DNA of 56,407 nt, taken from contig RDOE01000015.1 in the NCBI GenBank assembly GCA_011364975.1, positions 1 through 56,407 of the forward strand, read 5' to 3'. Of this stretch, positions 49,494 through 56,407 are shown in pieces. The position numbers and the translations under genes are program-made. A model generated the notes under the pieces. It searched no databases. It worked only from the letters and a program-made list of their open reading frames with translations, and had not been told where the DNA came from. The DNA comes from Promethearchaeota archaeon (GTDB lineage: Archaea; Asgardarchaeota; Lokiarchaeia; Sigyniarchaeales; SOKP01). Each line of letters begins with the position of its first letter. Positions within the stretch are counted from its first letter, which is position 1.

Positions 49494-51080
49494 ATGAAAA
49501 GAGACATGTACTTAGAGAAAAAGAAATTAGAAGGTAATTTATATTTAAAGGGTTTGTTATTTAATATTATTTTCCTAATTATATTAATCATAGGTATGCT
49601 AAACATTAATTATTTCAATGAGGGGGGTAATTCCAGATATAAAAATATAATAAGTAGCAATCAGGAAAATGATAACTTCCAAGTACATCTAAAAGAAGAT
49701 GATATTGAAGATTCCATTCACAATTCTCAATATGGTCTTCTAGAGGGGGAAGACTCCCATACCCAAATCCAAAATTCAATATTATATCTTAAGTTTTTAA
49801 ATATTGGACATCACCGCACTTTTTGGCTTTTGGATTTTAATAATTGGTCATATTATAAAATAAATGCAACTTTAATTTCAATAGGAGAGAAATGTTACAT
49901 TTACATGGAAGATTATTGCATAAGAGAGTTAGGAGATCAATTGGTAGCTGAAAAAGGGGAAAGAATTTGTAATGAATTCGATTATAAAATATATCCCCGG
50001 GTTATTGACCTAGCTGGGAATCCTAACGGAACTTTAGGGGATATAGATGGGGATCCAAGAATTATAATTTTACTTTCACATAATCCAATTAGTTATTATG
50101 ATCAGAGAAATGAACTACAATTAGATTATTCTAATCTGTGTGAGATGTTCCATATTTACTATAAAACATGGACACCCACAATTGCTCATGAGTTTCATCA
50201 TCTAATTTGGTTTAATAATGAAATGGACGAACCACATTTTACTCTTGAAGCTTTAGCGGAATATTCAACATATCATGCTGGTTATTTAACTCAATATAAC
50301 AATCTTAACCCACAGTCGAGTTTTTTTCTTGCTCATCCTGAGGATTCTCTTCTCTATTGGAATATGTTAAATTCTGTGGATTATGGAGGGGCATATTTAT
50401 TTGCTTTTTACATTGCAGAACATTATGGTGTTTCTATACTTAAAAATCTAATAAAGGAGCCTACAGATGGAGCTAATGGGATACAAAATGTTTTAAAGTT
50501 CGCAGGTTATAATATTACATTTAATGAACTTTATATGAATTGGATTACAGCATTAACTTTAGATGAAATAGGATTTATGAGCAATCTCTATGGTTTTGTA
50601 AATCTAGATGCTCGAGTTACTAAATACACGAATGCTAAATTTCCACTAACAAACAATAAGATTAAACTATATTACTATGGTTTTGATATTCAGAAAATAA
50701 TAACCCCTCAAAATAATTTTACCATTGAGATTCAAAAAGACCAAGATAAAACAATTGGTGTATCTATTGCTTTTCATGATGATATAGGGTGGCATATAAT
50801 ACAGAATCTAAATAACAAAGGGATCAAATTAATTACTGAAAATATTTTTGGTTTAGACATCGAAGAGCTTTATTTAATTACAAGTTATATTTTTGATCAG
50901 ATTCCTCCGCTACCGACTGAAAATGGACTTGGGCCCTACACTTATATTGAAATCTCCACATCTAATTTAAAAGAAGATCCTGCTATTATTTTTTTAACTA
51001 TCACTGGCAGTAGCGTTTTAGGTCTTATTATTTGCATTATTTTTATTATAAGATACCATCTACAAAAAAAAATTGAATAA
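49494..51080 (+). CDS. Membrane-anchored extracellular zinc metallopeptidase (HExxH; M30/neutral zinc protease-like)
   Basis: N-terminal TM/signal, DIDGDPRIIIL, AHEFHHLI..E.LAEY, DYGGAYLF, C-terminal TM plus basic tail. Confidence 0.82.
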   Translation: MKRDMYLEKKKLEGNLYLKGLLFNIIFLIILIIGMLNINYFNEGGNSRYKNIISSNQENDNFQVHLKEDDIEDSIHNSQYGLLEGEDSHTQIQNSILYLKFLNIGHHRTFWLLDFNNWSYYKINATLISIGEKCYIYMEDYCIRELGDQLVAEKGERICNEFDYKIYPRVIDLAGNPNGTLGDIDGDPRIIILLSHNPISYYDQRNELQLDYSNLCEMFHIYYKTWTPTIAHEFHHLIWFNNEMDEPHFTLEALAEYSTYHAGYLTQYNNLNPQSSFFLAHPEDSLLYWNMLNSVDYGGAYLFAFYIAEHYGVSILKNLIKEPTDGANGIQNVLKFAGYNITFNELYMNWITALTLDEIGFMSNLYGFVNLDARVTKYTNAKFPLTNNKIKLYYYGFDIQKIITPQNNFTIEIQKDQDKTIGVSIAFHDDIGWHIIQNLNNKGIKLITENIFGLDIEELYLITSYIFDQIPPLPTENGLGPYTYIEISTSNLKEDPAIIFLTITGSSVLGLIICIIFIIRYHLQKKIE

Positions 51081-51120
51081 GTTTTCTTTTCTACCTGTAT
51101 TAATTAATCTTTTTTATGTT

Positions 51121-51154
51121 ATTGTTCTAAAAGTATACCTTAAAGCTTTATAAG
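51121..51154 (+). promoter_or_regulatory. Second copy of the promoter/operator block (ATTGTTCTAAAAGTATACCTTAAAGCTTTATAAG)
   Basis: Matches 49329..49362; 51 nt upstream of 51206. Confidence 0.6.
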
Positions 51155-51205
51155 CATTATTTACTCATTTTTTATAAATTACTCCCCATAGGTGAAGATT
51201 TAAAA

Positions 51206-51781
51206 TTGAGTATAAAGAACGATAATCTAAGAGATAAAATCTATACACACGTTACAACCCTTTTCTCATTTTTAATTCCAATATTTCAATATGTACCCTG
51301 TACAGCTATATGGTTTGGAATAATGAGTGTTCCATTATTAAGCTATTTACTCCTATACTTTCAATATCCCTCGATATTAATATCTGATATCCGCTTTTTA
51401 ATTAGAACTCCAGGATTTTTTATAATCATCTTAGGACTTGTTATATATCTTTATTCTTTGATATATCAACTAACACATAGAAAAAAACTGCTTCAGAAAG
51501 GACCTTATAAAATTCTCAGGCATCCTCAATATCTCGCGTTTATTATTATGACATTAGGCATGACTTTGGTTGCTTTTCAAACCTCCCCTATATTAGAATT
51601 TAATTTATATAATTTGGATCCAAATATAATTTTACTATTATTATGGATAGGAGAAGTTGTAGCGTATATAATTTTAGCAAAAGTAGAGGAAATTGCATTA
51701 ACTAAAAAATTCGGTATTGAGTTTATAGATTACAAGAAATCTGTCGGGTTCATGTTTCCAATTATAAAATCAAAACGTTAA
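51206..51781 (+). CDS. ICMT/PEMT (Ste14-like) membrane methyltransferase family protein
   Basis: LLQKGPYKILRHPQYL, EE..L...FG..F..Y...V..MFP. Confidence 0.85.
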   Translation: MSIKNDNLRDKIYTHVTTLFSFLIPIFQYVPCTAIWFGIMSVPLLSYLLLYFQYPSILISDIRFLIRTPGFFIIILGLVIYLYSLIYQLTHRKKLLQKGPYKILRHPQYLAFIIMTLGMTLVAFQTSPILEFNLYNLDPNIILLLLWIGEVVAYIILAKVEEIALTKKFGIEFIDYKKSVGFMFPIIKSKR

Positions 51782-51875
51782 GGCATTAAGATAACCAAAT
51801 ATTAGAGAAGTTGAAGCATAAAAGCTAAATATTTAATAAATTAGATTAAAATTAGCAATAATTTAAAAAATCGAT

Positions 51876-52598
51876 ATGAAATTTCGAAATCTAAATCGTT
51901 ATTTATTAATAAAAGTAGTAATTAGTCTTTCTTCTTTAATTTTTATCTTAATTGTTTTTTATTTATTGATAATATCACTTGAGGAACCAACTTTTGGTCC
52001 AAGGGATAGTACATTAAGATTAATCTCTATTTTTCTTCTAATCCCCGTAGTTATACTATTTTCCACGCTTTTAATATTCACAATAAAGGAATACAAAACA
52101 TATTTTTCCAAGAGAACCTACCTATTCGAAGGAAAATCGTATTTAACTATTGATGATGTTTTTGAAAATGAAAACCGGTTAGCAATCATAACTGAAATTC
52201 TCAATAAACCAGGTATTCACCAAAATGAAATTTTGAGAAAAGTAAATATACAGAAAGGACAATTGCAATGGCATCTGGATGTCTTATTGAAATACCATAT
52301 AATAAAAAAGAAAAAGTATGGTCAATATGTTCTTTATTTTCCAATAACTACTTCAAGTACAGACATAGATGACTATAAACATTCCTTTTATAAGTCAAAA
52401 ACAACTCTGGAAATATTCAAGATCATCGAAGAGAACGCTGGGATAACCTCCTCTGAAATATCTAAAAAACTAAGATTATCACGAAATACAATTAAATATC
52501 ATGTGGATAAACTTATTGAAGAAAACCTTATTGATCTAAAAAGAAACGGACGTAAAATCGAATTGTATCCTATAAATGGTGAGGTCAAAGATTTCTAA
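51876..52598 (+). CDS. Membrane-tethered transcriptional regulator (2 TM + two winged HTH domains)
   Basis: Two N-terminal TM helices; ENENRLAI..ILNKPGIHQNEI..GQLQWHL..L; second wHTH GITSSEISKKLRLSRNTIKYHVDKL. Confidence 0.85.
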   Translation: MKFRNLNRYLLIKVVISLSSLIFILIVFYLLIISLEEPTFGPRDSTLRLISIFLLIPVVILFSTLLIFTIKEYKTYFSKRTYLFEGKSYLTIDDVFENENRLAIITEILNKPGIHQNEILRKVNIQKGQLQWHLDVLLKYHIIKKKKYGQYVLYFPITTSSTDIDDYKHSFYKSKTTLEIFKIIEENAGITSSEISKKLRLSRNTIKYHVDKLIEENLIDLKRNGRKIELYPINGEVKDF

Positions 52599-53196
52599 GA
52601 TTAAAGATAAAGTAAAATCAATATCATTTAATCTTTCTTCAATCGTTATCCCCATTCTGCAGTATGTCCCATGTGCATCAATTTGGCATGGTATCATGAG
52701 TATCCCCCTTATAAGCTATATAGTTTATTTTTTTCAAAACCCTGCTATTTTACAAAACGATTTAAATTTCTTTTATAGATTTCATGGAACTTATATTGCT
52801 TATTTTGGATTAGCATTATATGTTTTTTGTCTAATTTATCAAATTACCCATAGAAGAAGATTGATACAAACTGGTCCCTATAAAATTATCCGACATCCAC
52901 AATATCTTGCTTTTATTATTCTTACTTTTGGATTAACCCTTGTTAGCTTTCAAACATATCCAATAACTATTTTCGATCCATTTGAGGTGAATGGCTATAC
53001 AATAATTTTTTATATTTGGATTTTGGAGGTACTAGCCTACGTTACTTTAGCAAAGATTGAAGATATTTCCCTAAAAGCAAAATATGGAGAAATTTTCGTA
53101 GATTATGCTATGCGAGTCCCTTCTTTATTCCCTTTTTTTAGATTAAATAAAAATGTAGACAATAAAAATAAAGAAGCATTGGAAAAGAATATTTAA
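52576..53196 (+). CDS. ICMT/PEMT-like methyltransferase family protein (paralog of 51206..51781)
   Basis: IPILQYVPCASIW.GIMS.PL, LIQTGPYKIIRHPQYL. Confidence 0.85.
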   Translation: MVRSKISKIKDKVKSISFNLSSIVIPILQYVPCASIWHGIMSIPLISYIVYFFQNPAILQNDLNFFYRFHGTYIAYFGLALYVFCLIYQITHRRRLIQTGPYKIIRHPQYLAFIILTFGLTLVSFQTYPITIFDPFEVNGYTIIFYIWILEVLAYVTLAKIEDISLKAKYGEIFVDYAMRVPSLFPFFRLNKNVDNKNKEALEKNI

Positions 53197-53280
53197 TATA
53201 ATTCCCATGCTCCGATGTTGATGAGCTAATATTCAAATTTGGTAAAATAACTATTAATTAATTAAATGAGAAATTTACAC

Positions 53281-54177
53281 CTAATCAATAAGTAACTTAG
53301 GGAACTTATTCTGTTTTTGCAATTCTTTTTGAATGATATCATCTAATAATTCTTCTCTTTCTTTACCAGAAAGAACTTCTAATTTCCTAATATTTAAAGG
53401 ATCGACCTTTCTTCTTAATAGATTTAGTTCTTCCTGTGTAGGAGCTTTGGTTTCTTTTAAATCCTTGGTAATTTCTAATTCAAACCCTGTAGATTCCTTT
53501 ACTAATTCAATATCAATACCAGGGTGAATAGATGCTACTCGCATTCTCTTACTTGTCTCACTAAAATCTAAATAAGCTAAATTGGTTATTACGCATTGAG
53601 GACCGGCACCTCCGCATATAGAAGGCTTCCCTTCTGGAAATCCTACACCAGATATAAAGAATAACTTTTCTGTGGGGACGAAAGTTTTTGTGTTATGACG
53701 TGGTGTGTATAGAAATGAGCCTCTTGTATAAAACATACTAAAATCTAAAATACCCGCGGCTCCAGGTAAACGAATTTTTGGCTTGTTCCAGTCTCCTATA
53801 CAGATATTATTTGTATTTCCATAATGATCTACTTGAGCTGGGCGAAAAAATTCTATAGTGGTTAATTTCTCTGAAGGAAGTGATTCTAAAGTACATTCAA
53901 CAGAATTTTGAAATCTATAAGCTCTAGCAGCATTCATCTCTAAATAAAGAAGAGAAACTTGGCGAGGTTCTGTTACAAATGTATTACCCATGATATAATG
54001 ATAGATTGCATTAGGCGCATGAGTTAACTTTGCTAGAGTAAAAGCAGCCCAAACCATAGGTGTAGCAACTCCAACTATCATTACATCATCATCTCGGACT
54101 TCTCTTGCCATAAGAACAGTCATCAATTCATCTGTTGTATAATTATTTGAATATTCAGTCATTACATTTCCCTCCAT
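53281..54177 (-). CDS. Class I CoA-transferase beta subunit (GctB/IpdB-like), canonical catalytic Glu absent; start probably ATG 54162
   Basis: YTTDELM..MARE, THAPN, AQVDHYGNTN, RLPGAAG, VITNL, SIHPG..V...TGF. Confidence 0.85.
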   Translation of the reverse strand: MEGNVMTEYSNNYTTDELMTVLMAREVRDDDVMIVGVATPMVWAAFTLAKLTHAPNAIYHYIMGNTFVTEPRQVSLLYLEMNAARAYRFQNSVECTLESLPSEKLTTIEFFRPAQVDHYGNTNNICIGDWNKPKIRLPGAAGILDFSMFYTRGSFLYTPRHNTKTFVPTEKLFFISGVGFPEGKPSICGGAGPQCVITNLAYLDFSETSKRMRVASIHPGIDIELVKESTGFELEITKDLKETKAPTQEELNLLRRKVDPLNIRKLEVLSGKEREELLDDIIQKELQKQNKFPKLLID

Positions 54178-54967
54178 TATTTTCGCTATTTATCCAATCT
54201 CTAATCGCGACTCTTACGGAACGACGCATTTCTTTAGTATAATCCGCAGCCATTTTTGCGAAATACACTTTCTGTCCTATATTTTCAGCTTTCTTTATGT
54301 CATAACTTCTTTTAAAATTTAAAAACATTTCCTGAAAATCTTGTTCATCTAATCTTTTATACTTATTTAAAAATTTAATAAATTTTTGAGGGAATCGAGG
54401 CTGTAACGGAATTTTCTCTTTAGTCCCTTTTGGATATCCAAAACAAATCATTGTGATTGGGAATACCCATTGAGGCAAGTTAAACATTTTACGATGAATC
54501 TCAATGTTTTCCATAATATCTCCAATATAACATGATCCAATACCTAAAGCTTCAGCTACTATTACAGCATTTTGGGCGGCAATTAAGGCATCACAACAAG
54601 CTAATAATAAATCTGCTTCCTTTGGGGTTTCAAAAACTTCACCGAGATCATTACATAATTCCTCAGTTTTGCATATTTTGAAATAATCCCACCATCTTTG
54701 CATATCAGCTAAGAAGATCAAAATAAGAGGAGCTTTTGCAATATGTGGTTGATTATCGCAAGTTATAGCTAGTTTATCTTTTAATTCTTGATCTGTAACT
54801 TGAAGTATCGTATATAACATCAAATTTCCAGCTGTAGGAGCCCTCATTGCTCCATGAATAATAGTATCAATTTCCTTTTGAGTGAGTTGCTTTTGATTAT
54901 AAGATCGAACTGTTCTTCTATTAATAATTAATTCCAATGTTCCTTGACCTTGTTTTAGATTATCCAT
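54155..54967 (-). CDS. NfsA/NfrA-like flavin nitroreductase
   Basis: RRTVRSY, APTAGNLM, DNQP.IAKAP..LIFLAD, DALIAAQN..AE.LGIGSCYIG. Confidence 0.9.
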   Translation of the reverse strand: MDNLKQGQGTLELIINRRTVRSYNQKQLTQKEIDTIIHGAMRAPTAGNLMLYTILQVTDQELKDKLAITCDNQPHIAKAPLILIFLADMQRWWDYFKICKTEELCNDLGEVFETPKEADLLLACCDALIAAQNAVIVAEALGIGSCYIGDIMENIEIHRKMFNLPQWVFPITMICFGYPKGTKEKIPLQPRFPQKFIKFLNKYKRLDEQDFQEMFLNFKRSYDIKKAENIGQKVYFAKMAADYTKEMRRSVRVAIRDWINSENNGGKCND

Positions 54968-54989
54968 TTATTACAACCTTATAGAATTT

Positions 54990-55832
54990 TCATAATAAAA
55001 TATTTAATATAGTCTGAATACCTCCAGCTTCTTCAAGATATTGAGTTGGGGTTTTTTTCATAATGAAGCGTTTTTTATACTCTTCAAAATCCATTTTAAG
55101 GTATTCTTGAATATGAAGAGAATCAAAAGTATAAAAAGGGTAGCAACTCGTTGGATGTGCTCCAAAAGGCAGTTTAACAACCGCATTTGTTGTTTGTAAG
55201 GGTAATTGTGCTTTACCAGGAAGATGCCTAATATCTTCTGTTTCAACTATTTTTTCAGTTATTATAATAGTCTTTTTAGCAGTTTTTGCCATATCATCAT
55301 CCATCCAAACGGCACCAGCTATATTTCCGTTTCCAAATTCGTCAGCATAGGGAACATGTAAAATTGCTACATCTAAATCTATTTTAGGTAATGCAATTAA
55401 CTGAGTATTAGATCCTAAAGGATCAGTGAACACTTTTACGTCTTTTCTAACTTTAGGTAAATCTGTACCAATAATTCCTTTTAATGGCATGAAAGGTACT
55501 TTCAAATAAGAAGCTCTTAATCCAAGTGCTATTGAAGCTTCGCTTTCTTCAGATATATCAATACTTCCAGACTCTACAGCATTTCGATAATTCGGAGCCA
55601 TCCCGAAAATTTCCATACCCACAAAACAAGATTTTATTTTGGAAACACATTTAGCAGCTACAAGCATATCAATTTCAATACCACCCACGAAAGTGCAAAG
55701 CGATAAATCCCTCTTATTTTGCCTTATAATTTCTCTACATGCCCCTATAGGTTTCCTCCAAAAGGATAATCCTCCAATACCAACCAAGTCCCCATTTTGA
55801 ATATTTGTTGATATCGCTTCTTCTAAAGACAT
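54990..55832 (-). CDS. Class I CoA-transferase alpha subunit (GctA/IpdA-like)
   Basis: MSLEEAI, GGLSFWRKP, PFMP.KG..GTDL, DVAILHV..ADEFGN, TE.IV, PFGAHPTSC. Confidence 0.88.
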   Translation of the reverse strand: MSLEEAISTNIQNGDLVGIGGLSFWRKPIGACREIIRQNKRDLSLCTFVGGIEIDMLVAAKCVSKIKSCFVGMEIFGMAPNYRNAVESGSIDISEESEASIALGLRASYLKVPFMPLKGIIGTDLPKVRKDVKVFTDPLGSNTQLIALPKIDLDVAILHVPYADEFGNGNIAGAVWMDDDMAKTAKKTIIITEKIVETEDIRHLPGKAQLPLQTTNAVVKLPFGAHPTSCYPFYTFDSLHIQEYLKMDFEEYKKRFIMKKTPTQYLEEAGGIQTILNILL

Positions 55833-56407
55833 TAATTTGCTTTGTCTAATTTACATTCTCCCCATTCAAATTTTAATAAAGATTGAATAATATTTAGAAT
55901 CAATTATTGCTATATTAAAAATTCTAATAATCTTGAATTAAAAAAAAAATCTGATATTTCTTTATAATATATTGTTTCAAGGTATATACCTTCTTTTATT
56001 CAGTTGAAAAGAAGTATTTTCCTCCTCGTATAAATGAAATTTAAAAAGTAATCTCCTTACTAAGTAATGTAATAAGCTATTAGTAAAAATTTTATAATTA
56101 AATTGGCGTTATTTAAAAAAATCTTTCAAATATATTGCTCATAATAATTTTATTTTCTTTTCATAAGATTAACTCTTAATTTATATAAATGTTCTTAGTC
56201 ATCCGATAATTTGTACCTTGAATTACTAACATTATCTTAAATTTTGATACATGAATCTATTCCATTTACATTTTTTCCTCTTATATCTTAAATTCTCCAG
56301 TTTTGACTTTAATCCTTCTTTAATTAAGATTATACCCAAACTCCTAATTTTGAAGATTTATAATTAAATTGAAAACGCTCTTTCGGATTTTAAGATATAA
56401 TTATAAT

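Noticed and set aside
702-55246. About 40 short ORFs in the track overlapping longer genes (e.g. 702-917, 9783-10136, 27819-28292, 31131-31451, 45866-46219, 48588-48923)
   Set aside because: Antisense or off-frame shadows of well-supported genes. The recurring 'APLGH/QT..THLPQP' and 'QQQGQQKH' peptides are reverse-strand readings of the ferredoxin and CFCCxCCC motifs, not a real family.
55864-56407. Possible ~35-codon minus-strand ORF (TTG GGT ATA ATC...) or ncRNA in the terminal non-coding stretch
   Set aside because: Too short, no motif, very AT-rich, and no GC-rich stem structure.

Overview
AT-rich (roughly 30-33% GC by eye), gene-dense archaeal DNA, most likely from an Asgard archaeon of the Lokiarchaeia/Promethearchaeia type. 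This is inferred from the IPGF-TM-basic C-terminal sorting tail on the SBP, archaeal BRE/TATA-like and oligo-T signals, and membrane-tethered wHTH regulators. I found no rRNA, tRNA, CRISPR array or transposase. The window is a catabolic/accessory island containing: a Dpp/Opp ABC importer whose ATPase(s) carry unusual multi-pass membrane domains; lipid/acyl-CoA genes (TetR, acyl-CoA ligase, acyl-CoA dehydrogenase, epoxide-hydrolase-like enzyme, standalone SCP2, MeaB, a class I CoA-transferase pair); carbohydrate genes (GH2, BNR/sialidase-fold protein, GPH transporter, Gfo/Idh/MocA); and three nitroreductases. The dominant and least explained signal is a local expansion of 12 paralogous Fe-S proteins between 11.5 and 39.5 kb. 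They share a Cys-rich core (CxCR..C..GC..CFCCxCCC) plus a 2x[4Fe-4S] ferredoxin, and nine carry one or two N-terminal SCP2 (sterol/acyl-CoA carrier)-like domains. Several share a 15-bp quasi-palindromic upstream site (ATGnmCrAyrGvmAT) that also precedes the ligase-TetR operon, suggesting a co-regulated lipid-binding redox system. One paralog is GC-rich and looks imported. The CoA-transferase pair lacks the usual catalytic Glu and resembles the IpdAB-type ring-cleaving hydrolases. All family assignments are by eye from motifs; no searches were run.
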